Of a stretch of 64,000 nt of DNA, positions 26,090 through 39,057 are shown in pieces (position 1 is the stretch's first letter; each line of letters opens with the position of its first letter). The stretch comes from the human T2T-CHM13v2.0 reference genome, Homo sapiens. The DNA is taken from assembly GCF_009914755.1 (NCBI RefSeq), contig NC_060925.1. One strand, written 5' to 3'. The notes below the pieces were generated by a model, which was not told where the DNA came from, did no database searches, and was given only the letters and a program-made list of their open reading frames with translations. The translations under genes were made by a program, and so were the position numbers.

Positions 26090-27910
26090 TGATGGTTTTT
26101 AAAATATGTCTGCTAGATATCAAAATGAGTGCATGGGATTTGATATATGTACATAGGTAGGCATAGAAATAGATAGAGATGCTCAAGGATATGTGTATAT
26201 GCACATATGAATATGTGTGCATGTATATACATGTATCCATTTCCCAACTCTGTCTTTTAAGAGGATATAGAAACAATATCACCCCAGTAACAATAAACAC
26301 CCTAGTGCCCACATCTTGATTTCTCCATATCATTTTCTGCTAGAAGGAACCCTGGTCTCCTTGGAAAAATGGATGATTCCAAGGCTTGGACAGGGAATAC
26401 ACAAGATGAGTCTGACATATCTCATGTTGAAAAGTAACAAACTACTCAAAGAATAATGACAGCATGTCAAAAGGACACAAGAACCAACTTAAAGGGCTCC
26501 CACTCACCAAATCTAGGGCAACCTAAATATCATGATAAGTATGGATACCCTCAGTTCACTGAGAGATTTGAGGTCAGGGACAGTCTTAGAAGACAATAGA
26601 AAACAGTGTTCTGAGTGTTGCCCCTAGAATGAGCATTGTGTTAATATCATAGAAATGGGACACATGTGTCCCCAGGTCCCATACCTGGAATGTAAAAATA
26701 GTATCCATTAACAGCGTCAAGTAAAAGATTATAACCTATTATAAAAACTAGAAACCCGGGCTGGGCATGGTGACTCAAGCCTGTAAATCTCAGCACTTTG
26801 GGAGGCTGAGGCGGGAAGTCTGTTTGAGCCCAGGAGCTTGAGACCAGCCTGGACAACATAGGGAGGCCCCGTCTCTACAAAAAAAAAAAAAAAAAAAAAA
26901 TTACCTGGGCATGGTGGCATATGCCTGTGGTCCCAGCTACTTGGGAGGCTGAGGTGGGAGGATCACTTCAGCCCTGGAGTCAAGGTTGCAGTGATCTGTG
27001 ATCATGCCACTGCTCTCCAGCCTAGACAACAGAGTGAGACCCTGTCTCAAAAACAAACAGAAAACTAGAAAACCAAGATTCTATGCCGATGTCAATAATA
27101 TAAACAAGTGTTCTTCCTTACAGTAGAAAACCAACAATACATTTAGAAAGATTACAGAATTTTTTTAAAAAACATGATTTGACAACCACAGTAATAACTG
27201 ATTCAGGGAAGGGCTACTAATAAATGCTAAAACCAATGGATGCAAGTTTGAGAAATAATAGGATATCTTCATAGTCTCAAAGTATTTCTCCAAAGGAAAT
27301 ACATATTAATTATAAAGAGTAAAACGGTGGACAGCACCGTAACCCCATGAACAAAGTTAACATTGCTAGTAATGGGACTAATTAATAGCACCTGCCCCTC
27401 ATGCCTTGAGCTACAGGAGCTCAGCATGGCATCAGTGATATTCCTGCCCAACATGCATAACAGAATCTGATCATGGAAAAGCACCAAAAAACCGAAGTTG
27501 AAGGACAATTATACCAAGTAACTGGCCAGGTAATCTTCACAAAGGTCTGTGTCAAGAAAGACAAAGCAGCAGAAACTTTCAAATTACAGGGGACAGCTAA
27601 ATGCAACACATGGTCTTGGATTGTTTTGTTATAAAGGACATTATTGTGAAGTCTGAATAAAGTCTGTAGATGAGACGAGAGAATTCCCTGTTTTTAGGAA
27701 ATATGCAACAAAATATTCAAGAGTAAATGGGCATCACACCTTAGATGACTCAGAAGAAAAAGGGAAGAACAGAGATAAGTGATACAGTGAAACCCTGATG
27801 TTTGGGGGATCTGGGTAAACAATATTTAGAAATTCTTTGTACCGTGTTGCAAGGTTTCTGTAAGTCTGAAACTATGTGAGAACAAGTGTTTAAAAATAAA
27901 GCATAAAATG
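26090..27910 (+). mobile_element. Old L1M 3' region, interrupted by an Alu and a ~175-bp insert
   Basis: L1MC/MD-type 3'UTR motifs, ending in AATAAA. Confidence 0.6.
26759..27063 (+). mobile_element. Alu (AluJ-like)
   Basis: Dimeric Alu; AAAAACTAGAAA repeated on both flanks. Confidence 0.9.
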
Positions 27911-28289
27911 TAAAACATCTCTTCTGCAAATTCTTTGGCACTCCTCCCATGAAGAGGTAAAGTCTAATCACCTCCCCTTGAATATGATTTGGACGTAATG
28001 ACTCATTTCTAACCAATGAATATGGTGTATGGATGCCTAATTATAAAAGAACATTCAGCATGTATCAGAACAAGGAAGTTCTGGGGCATGTGTTTTGTGT
28101 AATTCACGCTCTGTGTGGTTCATGTGCCCATTGCTCAGATAAAGAAGCTGGAGCTCAGAAAGGTGCCCAAATTCAGAAGACTAATAAATGGTGGAGCCAA
28201 ACTTCAAACTTAGGGCACTGGAGCCTCCAATCCCAGGCAGGTGGCCTTGTGGATGGGGAGCTGGGACCTGGAGTCTGCCCGCCTGGCCA

Positions 28290-28492
28290 AGGCCTCTCGA
28301 GTGCTGCAAGATGGGTATTTGGGGCCGGATAATTCTCTGTGCACCATAAGTTGTTTAGCAACATCTTTGGCCTCTACCCAGAAGACGGCAGGAGCACCTG
28401 ACACCCAGTTGTGACAACCAAAAATGTCTCCAGACATTGCCAAATATCTGTGGGGGTGCAGGGTGCAAAGTTCCCTCATTTAAGAACCACTG
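28290..28492 (+). mobile_element. MER20 (hAT-Charlie) DNA transposon fossil
   Basis: GTTGTGACAACCAAAAATGTCTCCAGACATTGCCAAAT...AGAACCACTG. Confidence 0.85.
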
Positions 28493-28899
28493 ACCTAGGG
28501 TGAACCGTGGTTCCACTACTTACTTTTCACATGACCTTGGACAAACAACCTTGTCCTCAAGGTCCTCTGTGCCCCCATGTCCTCACCTGTAAAATGGAAA
28601 AATAATAACATGTGAGGTTAATGTGAGGAATAAATAAGAATCCAGGAAAGCAATTGGCCCATCATGTAAGAGCTACTTTGCCCATAACCCTAGGGTGCCT
28701 TCCCTCCAAACACAAAGCTGTGCACAGAGGAGGTACACAGTGAAGATCTGCTGTTGTATAGCTGTGGGGATGAATCAATTAACCATTTCAGTAACAAATG
28801 AACAAAAAACTGAATGTCCTGATCTGTGCACTAGTGCATTTGCTGACTGAAGATGTCCTGGCATCCTCTCTCACCATCAAAGAGCAGTTAGGATTAAAG

Positions 28900-29085
28900 A
28901 CTCCACAGCCAGGCTACCTGGGTTCAAGTTGAGCTCTGCCACTCAGGAGTTATGTGACCACAGGCTGGTTATTTAGCCTGCCAATGCCTTCATTTCCTTA
29001 TCTGTAAAATGGGGTAATAAAAGTGCTTACCTCACAGGGCAATGAGAGTGAAATGAATTAATACATGTATTGTACCCAGCACAGG
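28900..29085 (+). mobile_element. MIR
   Basis: CTGGGTTCAA..CTCTGCCACT..TTTCCTTATCTGTAAAATGGGGTAATAA core. Confidence 0.75.
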
Positions 29086-29139
29086 CTGGGTCTCCATCAT
29101 GCCTGCTGCAATTGCTGCTACAGCAATTAACATTAATCC

Positions 29140-29595
29140 TATCACACTCCTCTTTTATAGCCCTCCAGCCACACTCCTCTGAGGGTGCCAAGAACAATCC
29201 CATTTCCAAGCCTTTGCACTTGCCACTCCCTCTGCCTGGATTGCTCTCCTTCCCAGACATTAGCAGCCCTCCAATCCTTACTTCATCAAGGTCTCTCTTC
29301 ATGTGGCTCTTTGGAAAGTCCTCCCCTGACCACCATAAATAAAACAGCAGCTTCACCACCCTACTCACCCTGGGCTTTTTGCAACATAGCAATTACCCCT
29401 GCCTGGCATTATCTATCCTGGTCAGTACAGCACAGTGCAATGCAGTGCAGTATAGTACAGATCTCTTTATTGGCTTATCTCTCCCACAGCTCACATAAAT
29501 GTTCCAAGAGAGCAGAGAATTTGATTGACAACTATATTCCCAGCATCTAGAACAATGCCTAGAGCATAGTACGTAATTATAATGAATGGTGAGTG
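29140..29595 (+). mobile_element. L2 3' fragment
   Basis: CCTTTGCACTTGC..TCCCTCTGCCTGGA and CCCAGCATCTAGAACAATGCCT motifs. Confidence 0.65.
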
Positions 29596-31246
29596 ATATT
29601 TTACAGAAGGAAATTCCAAAGTCCTCACATAACCCATTTTCCATAACACAGAACTTATTTAAACTGGAGCCTAGAACAGTGTTTTTCACAAAAGATTTTG
29701 CTTATAGCAACCCATGCTTTAGAACAGAATATTGTAAAGACTTCCAGATCAGTTAGATTTGAGTTTCTCAAGTAGTGACTGTGGACTCCAGTGAAACAGT
29801 AACAGGAATTCCACCAAACAAGGTTCACAAAGTGAATGGCATTGGGAAATGATACAGAATCTTCTCGCACTGGAGGATGCATCATGCACAGGAGAAACTC
29901 TAAGAAGTCCTATCGAGAAAACAGGTGTTGAACCTGGGTTTGCTGAACTTATTTCACCAGAGACCCCATCCATTAACATCTGCATCACAAAGCACAATTG
30001 GGTAAACAGTGATCCAGCTGAAGTCCTTCCATTTACAGACACAGACAGAAAATGAGGCCCAGAAAGGTTAATTGACTCACTCAAGGTCATGCGACCATCT
30101 CCTGAATCGTAGAGCTGTGTGCTTTTCACTGCCCCTAATGTTGCCTAATGGTTCACTTAGCTATCCATTCACAGGAGGTCAGAAACTGAACACGGGCCTC
30201 AGATTCCAGTATCATTTTGACTAAATTATATATAAAAATTGATGTACCGAATAGGATTTGCTTTCAATCTCACTATTCCAGAATAGTCATTCATTCAACA
30301 AATATTTATTAAGTACGATGTGCCAGGAGCTGCACATTTTGCAGTTGGCTGCACAGAAGACTGACAATAAAATTAGCCTTAGAGAGATCAAAATTGATTG
30401 AACTGTCCTTGATAAAACTGCTTCAAAGCAGGGACTTGCAAGAAATTGCATATTCACATTTCATTTGCTTCCATTAATAGTGCTCATATTTAGATCTGAT
30501 GGTAATACTATGCTCTCAACTGGTGTGGGTCTGGAATAAAACACTCCCCTTGACTGTGCACACTGCAGAGAGGAAAAACAAAATGATTGGAGTCAGCTGG
30601 GCTTTTCTATTGAGCACCTCGACCTACAGATTTTCCAATTTCAAGTTCATTCACATTTCATCTCTGGCTTCTACATTTTAGTTAAAAAGCATTTCTTTAT
30701 TTGCTATTGTCCACTAAGGAAAATGCCTATTTAAAAATAGATTTCTTTTTTAAAGCATCTTGATTCACACATTTCAAAGCCCTTCAGAAAACAGGATTTC
30801 TCAAAAGCCATGTGATTCTAAAACATGCTACAGATTTCAGATGGAGAAAGATTCAAGATATTATTCTACATGAACTTTTCAATGAACTGATCGCATCTGT
30901 CTAGGAATAAGGAGAGTTGTCTCATGTTACTTCAAAAAAGATTCCAAATGAAAAAAAAAATCTGGGCTTGAGAAGATCTAATGCCATGCCATTGAAGCCA
31001 GGTTTCAGCACAGACCCAACATGTGTATAAGTAATAAAAAGAAACCTGAGAAAACAGAAGCTCCTCAAGGTCCTTTGCCCTGGTGTATCTTTAAGGCCAA
31101 ACTGTAAAGAGAATAAGCATGTACTTCCAGACCCAGCAAATGTCTTCTTTGCATTTTAAGGATGCACTCATCGTTTCTTCAGAAGCAATCCTGAAACCCA
31201 GTGTAGCAAAGCAAAGATAGTCACCACATAATACAAATAATCTGTG

Positions 31247-31252
31247 TTTATT
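31247..31252 (-). terminator. AATAAA poly(A) signal in the DRD5-type 3'UTR (a second one at 31596-31601)
   Basis: About 540 nt past the ancestral stop codon, on the sense strand. Confidence 0.5.
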
Positions 31253-31786
31253 AGATACCAGAATAAATCAGGGAGACTTCTTAAGCTATGGTAAAGAGAC
31301 CCCCACCAGCACAGAGAGAAGAAATGACACAAGCACAAAGCCACGGGAATCCAGACCCAGGAAAGCTGTGCTGCCACCACATCACTGCATACACACAAAA
31401 CCTGCTGTTTAAAAATCAATTCAAACACAAACAAGTGACTGAAAAAGCCATTTGTTTAAAAAGGGAGGGGAGAGCATATTTTTTAAGGACCAAGTATCTT
31501 TTTTTTTTTTTTTTTTTTTAAGGAGCCAGCACCATACTCTCTTCTCTCACAGGATCATTGTTCCATCTCTGGTAGGCTGGGTACATTTGACTGAGTTTAT
31601 TGCAACTGCTTCTGCCAATTCTTTGAACTATCAATCAATGGGGTGAGGTTTCTAAGCACACCAGCTACTACACAGAAACACATGATAAAGGGAGCAGTAC
31701 TGGAAAGCCATGTATTTGCTTGTGTGTGCATGCTTGTCAATGTCTGTGTGGTTATGCAGATCCATGAGGGGGTTTCTTAATGCAGT

Positions 31787-33230
31787 TTAATGGAATCCAT
31801 TTGGGGTGAAAGGTGTTATTTTGTCTAAAGAAATCTCCCCCTCGCAGTCCAGCTCTCAGACAGACTCTGCAACAGGGTCACCATCTGGGGATGTCTGATA
31901 GATCTGGGACATGCGATCGAAAGGACTCTCCTTCTCCTCATCGTTGTCCACCTCCCGGTCCCCGGGGGGAACGGCGTTGGGCATCATGTGGATGTAGGCA
32001 GCTGCGATTTCCTTGTGGAAGACCGTGTCTTGGTTGTAGGAGATGAGCTCATTGCTGATGTTCACCGTCTCCACCGGCGTGCGGGAGCAGACGTGGCTGC
32101 ACCCCAGCAGCTGGGCAAACACCTTCCGGAAGTCGGCGTTGAAGGCATAGTGACTGGGTTGAGTGAGGAGTTGGCCCAGCAGAACCAGATGAAGACATCG
32201 AATGTGGTCTCACTGACGCAGGGGAAGCCGGCCGGAGGGCCTTTGGGGTGTCCACTGCAGAAAGGGACCATGCAGTTAAGGATGAAGAAGGGCAGCCAGC
32301 AACACACGAAGACCCCCATGATCACCGACAGGGTCTTGAGAACCTCGGTCTCCTTCTTGATGGAAAACCGCAGGCTGGTGTCGGGCGCGCAGCCTGCGCT
32401 GCTCCGGCAGCTCTGCACGTGCTCTGCGGCCCTCTCCAGGGAGGAAATCCTGCGGATCTGCACCTGGGCGATGCGGTAGATGCGCGTGTAGGTCACGATC
32501 ATGATGGCCATGGGGATGTAGAAGCTGATGAGCGAGGAAGAGATGGCGTAGGTTCGATTCAGGCTGGAGTCACAGTTCTCTGCCCTCACGTCGGGCTCCC
32601 AAACGGCCTCCTCCCAGGGCGTCCAGTTGGCCAGGTTGTTTGGCAGGTCCAGCCCACCTCAAGAGACCGCCTGGTCCCTGTGCCAGTTGAGCTGGACCGG
32701 AATGAAGGAGATGAGGCTGGACAAGGTCCAGGCCGGGCGGACCATGACCAAGGCCATGCGCTGGGTCATCTTGCGCTCGTAGCGGAAGGGCCTGGAGATG
32801 GCCCAGTAGCGGGCCACGCTGATGACCTGCTGACGCACAGGTTCAGGATGGAGGCGGTGGAGCACATGATGTCGAAGGCCACCCAGACGTCGCAGAACGC
32901 TTCAAAGGGCCAGTAACCGGCCACCTCGGCGACTGCCTTCCAGGACATGACCAGCAGCGCCACGAAGAGGTCTGACACAGGTAGAGACACGATGAAGACG
33001 TTGGTCATCTTGGCGCGCAGGTGGCGGCTCCGCACGATGGCTGCGGACACCAGCACGTTGCCCAGCAAGGTCCAGATGATGAGTAGGGTCAGCAGGCAGG
33101 CGGTGACCACCTGCACGGGCCCCAGTGGCGGTGCCCCCGCCGAGCCCCCCACGGCATTCCCCTGCGCCAGCTGCTGGTACAGCGCTAACTGCCCCGGGTA
33201 CGCGGTGCCGTTGCTCCTTGGCGGCAGCAT
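31787..33230 (-). pseudogene. DRD5P: Dopamine D5 receptor pseudogene (DRD5P1 or DRD5P2 type)
   Basis: [14 protein letters not shown]...TPNGFH* matches DRD5 throughout. Lesions: 8-bp insertion 32827-32834 giving a stop at 32766-32768 (154 aa), TGA at 32659 and 31856, a 1-bp deletion at the NPxxY motif (~32150), DRY>ARY. Confidence 0.97.
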
Positions 33231-33930
33231 TTCGGGCTGGGCCGCAGAGTCGGTTTGTGCGCGATCCCAACTACAGCCCTGCGACCCCCAGGCAGCCCCA
33301 TCGGGCACCCCGAGGATGCGCCCCCTCAGCCAAGGGACCCTCGAGCCCTAGAGGGCGCTCACCATGAGCTGCGCCGGGTCCCGGAGCGCGCGGGGACTTC
33401 TCTTGCTTCCTGAAGCGCCTCTGGCTCGGTGGCCGTGGTGCGCCCCTCCAGTCTACGCGATGGGCACAGGAAGCGGCTGGTGCCCGCTGACAGCCAGGGC
33501 TGTTCTCGGGAGTCTGCGGCGTGCCACATGGCAGCGACAGCGGCTGTGTCTGGTTCGGAGCGAGAGAAGAGAGCAAGCCGCCACTGAGGGGCTGGGGCAG
33601 GCAGTCGCCAGCGCCGGGCTGGCACTGCGGCGCTGCCGCGGTCCCTGGCCGCTCCCCGGCCCCGCGTCCCGCCCCCCGCGCCTCCGCGCTGGACTCCAGC
33701 CCCACCTGTGCCTTGGCGCCCTAGCTCACCGCGCTCGGCGCGCCAGAGTGTAGTGGTGATCCCGCAGGTCCCAGGAGCGCCCCAGCGCCAGACCCTAGCC
33801 CCGGGCCGGGGAAAATTCTTCCCGGGAAGACCGAAGGGTGCTTGGTGTAGCCCTGGAGCCCTAGCCCTAGCCACGCTTGGGGAACAAGAGGTGGGGTAGG
33901 GATGAGGACGCGAGGGCTTCCGGAGGGGGA
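31950..33930. promoter_or_regulatory. CpG island over the DRD5 pseudogene and its 5' flank
   Basis: High GC, dense CpG, GC boxes (CCCGCCCC ~33668). Confidence 0.8.
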
Positions 33931-35129
33931 AAGAGCATTTGAAGTGTAAAGGGGACGGCCTTGGATTGCCCACAGACCTGAGTCCCAATCCGGACTTTAT
34001 TCCTGGCTCTGCAACTTTAAGGGCCCTACATTACTTTACCCGGCCTTGGTTTCCTTCTCCACAGCGTGGGATAATGATTCCTACTCCTAGAACAGTGTCA
34101 GAACTCAGGGAAGCCTTCTAGGATGAGGTGTCCAGTAGACAGTGTCTCCTAGGAACAGGCTCCCGCTTCCCCCAGCCCCTCCCTCAACACCATGAGGCTG
34201 GGGCTTCACCTGACCTCTTGGGAGACTGTCCTTTTCCCCACCACCGCCCCCAGTCCTTCAGTGATTTTTCCTTTGGGGAATAATTTGGAATGAACCCAGA
34301 AGACAAGAGGAGGAAGAGAGCCCCCCACCCCCCCCCACCCCCAGAGAGTTGGAAGCCTCTTCTTTGCAGGGCACTTTTACAGTCTTTCTCTTTTTCAACC
34401 TTGAGAGGGGTGGATACATAGCTCAGTGTTGAACAGAAAAGGAACTGACGGGGCCCAAAACCCAGACTGAAAAAAAAAAATGATGGAAAACAATAAAGAG
34501 GGAAAACAGTGTTCCTGAGCTCTGAGTGCACCTCCCAGCTGACAAGTTGCATTTGTGAAGTGTTTCGGCCTCTGCTGGCGTTAAGCTCAGCTGAAGGCAG
34601 CTGGGAGAGAAAGGGATGTGACAGCAGCCAGCTGCACAGCTCCGGCTGCGACCTGCTGGCCCAGACACCTGCAGCATGGTGAGGTCTAGTAACAGACTAG
34701 ACTTTCTCCTCCCTTCCTAGTCTCCCCCTTCACCAAATGCACTTGCACCCTGGACCAACACCTGCAAGTGGCCCAGCTTCTCAGACTTAGGCTGCTCAGC
34801 CTACACAGTCCCTTCCCCCAACCTCTTTCCCCTTCAGTGCTTTCTGCCGCTGGAGAAGGCAAGACCATCTGTCCAGGTGCCTAAACCTGAAACTGAAGAG
34901 CCATCCTCACCTTCGGTCTCTCCTCATCTTCTAGGAGCTGGATCACTCCTCTGGCCATGGACATCCCTGTCCAGAATTGTGCCTCCTCCACCCTGTTTGA
35001 AGGTGGCACTCTCCTGGCCTCCAGGCTCTGCCCTGACCCTCTGTCTTCCCAGAGGCAGTGATCTTTCCTGAATGTGACTATGCTCCTGTCACTTCCCTGA
35101 TGAAACACCCTCAGTGTGTTTCATGATCA

Positions 35130-35430
<301 letters not shown>

Positions 35431-36019
35431 CCATATCACCCAAATATGAGAAATTCTCCCATATATACATACTTGTATCTAGATGACTAATCTCTGGAAA
35501 GTTATAAGAAAACACTGGTTCTTTCCAAGGAAGGGATGGCCAAAAGGTAGGCTAACTTAACATTGTTCACTCTTTTTAAGACCTTTGTATTTCTTGTATC
35601 ATGCACAGGTATTGCCTATTCAAAAACAAACCTACAACAGGGAAAGACTGAAAGCTTTTCTTCAATATCTGCTACAAGACAAGGATGCCTACTCTTAACA
35701 CTTATATTCACCATAGTCCTAGCCAGAGCAATCACATAAGAAAAGGAAATAAAAGGCATCAGCAGAAAAAAGGGGGTAAAATTATCCCTGTGTGCAGATG
35801 ACATGATCCTGTATGTAGAAACCCCTAAAAATTCCACAGTTACTAGAATAAATGAATTCAGTCAAGTAGCAGGATACAAAATCAATATACAAAAATCAGA
35901 TGCATTTCTTTATACAAATAATGATCTGAAAAAAAATCAAGAAAACATTTCCACTTAAAATAACATCAAAAAGAATAAAACACCGAGAAACAAATTTAAT
36001 GAAGGAAGTGAAAGCTTTA

Positions 36020-36441
<422 letters not shown>

Positions 36442-37691
36442 CTATCCAAAGTGATCTACAGATTCAATGCAATCCCTATCAAATTTCCAAAGGCATTTTT
36501 TACAAAAATAGAAAACACAATTCTAAAATTTGTATTAAATCATAAAAGACCCTGAATAGCCAAAAGAATCTTGAGAAAGAAAAACAAAGTAGAAGGTATC
36601 ACACTACCTGATTTCAACTTATATTACAAAGTGATAGTTATCAAAACGTATGGTACTGGCATAAAAGCAGACACATGGATCAATGGAACTGAATACAGAG
36701 CCCAAAAATAAACCCAAACATATATTATGAGCTGATTTTTGACAAGTCCAATAAGATACAATAGGGAAAAGATGGTGTCTTCAATAAGTAGTGGTAAGAA
36801 AACTAGATATCTATATGCAAAAGAATGAAACTGGACCTGATGCCTATCTTACACATCATACATAAAAAGCAACTCAAATAGATTAAATACCTAACACCTG
36901 AAACCATAAAACTCCTAGAAGGAAATATAGGAGAAAAACTCCTTAATATCCTCCTTGAAAATGATTTTTTGGATATCACACCAAAAGCTCAGGCAGCAAA
37001 AGCAAAAATAAGCAAGTGGGACTACATCAAGCAAATAAGCTTCTGCATAGCAATAAAAAAAACATGGGGTAAAAAGGTAGCACAGGGATTAGGGGAAAAT
37101 ATTGGCAAACCACACATCTGATAAGGGGTTAAAATCCAAAACATATAAGGAACTCACACAACTCAGTAGCAAAAAAAAATCCCCAAATAACTGGATTTTA
37201 AAATAGGCAAGGACCTGAATAGCCATTTTTCCAAAGTCACACAAATGGTCAAATGGTATATGAAAAGATGCTCAATATCATAATCATGAGGAAAATGAAA
37301 ATTAAAACCACAATAGATATCATCTCCTGTCTCTTAGAATGACTATTAACAAACAGGCAAAGACATAAGTGTTGGTGAGGATGTGTAGAAAATGAAACCT
37401 TTGTACATGGTTGATAGGAATGTAAATTAGTATAGCCATTATTGAAAACAGTATAGAGTTTCCTTAAAAAAAATACAACTACCATAAGATCCAACAATGC
37501 CTCTGTTGGGCATATATTCAAAGGTAATAAAATCAGCATCTGAGAGAGACATCTGGATTCCCACGTTCATGGCGGCATTACTCCCAATAGCCAAGACATG
37601 GAAACAAACTAAGTGTCCTAATGGACAATTTACTTACCCATTCAAGGACAGATGAATGGATAAAGAAATTGTGACATTTGTTTATACATAT

Positions 37692-37898
37692 ATTAAGTCC
37701 TCCCTTAATGTCATCAATAGGTTCTTGGGAACTGAGACGTTAAGCTAAATGAACATACAGCAGGTCCTCAAGTAACACTGTTTCCTTCAATCTAATTTTG
37801 GCATAATGCAAAATGAAAAAAAAAATCAGTTTTGTCATACTTTTTTTCCCCTCTTAACCACAGTTTCTAAGAACTTACTGATGACAATGAGGACTTTA
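37692..37898. mobile_element. MER6-like TcMar/Tigger MITE nested in L1
   Basis: Terminal inverted repeats AAGTCCTC..TGTCATCAATAGGTTCTTGGGAACTG / CAGTTTCTAAGAACTTACTGATGACA..GAGGACTT with TA flanks. Confidence 0.75.
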
Positions 37899-38537
37899 TA
37901 CAATGGAATAGTTAGCTTTAAGAAAGGAGATACTGCCATTTGTGACAACATGGATGAACCGGGAGGAAAGTATGCTAAATAAAGTAAGCCAGACACAGAA
38001 AAATACTGTATGATCTCACTTAAGAAGCAGAATGGGAGGCCGGGGGGTGAGAAGCTGAATGTATAGAGAGTAGAATGGTGGTTATCAAGAGTCTGGAGGT
38101 AGGGGATGGGTGGGATGGGCAGAAGTAGGTCGGAGGGTACAAATCTGCAGTTAGGTAAGATGAATAATTCTAGAGATCAAATTAATACACAGCATGAGAA
38201 CCATAGTTAATAATATTGTGTACTGAAAATTTGCTGAAAGAGATTTTAGGTGTACATACACAGAGAGTAACTATGGAAGGTGAAGGATACAGACATTTGT
38301 TTGACCATAGTAATCATTTCACTATGTATACAAAGCATGTTGTATACCTCAGATATGTATAATAAAAATAAATGAAGAAAAAAACAAAAAACTGTATCCT
38401 ACCTGCCAAAAACAGTTTCAAATGCATTATGTCTTTGGATTTAGCATGGAATTCACCTTTGCAGGCCCACTTACCTACAACATTATAAATATACCAGGTG
38501 ATTCATTGTACTATTCACAGTAAAAGATTGAAAGAAC

Positions 38538-39057
<520 letters not shown>

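Noticed and set aside
32827-32834. GTCAGCAG as a GT-AG micro-intron that restores the frame
   Set aside because: 8 nt is far below the spliceosomal minimum, tandem duplication explains it, and downstream stops remain
31787-33230. Functional DRD5 gene
   Set aside because: Two frameshifts, two extra nonsense codons and DRY>ARY
33231-33308. 26-aa N-terminal extension of the DRD5-like ORF
   Set aside because: The start is GTG; the native ATG is at 33230
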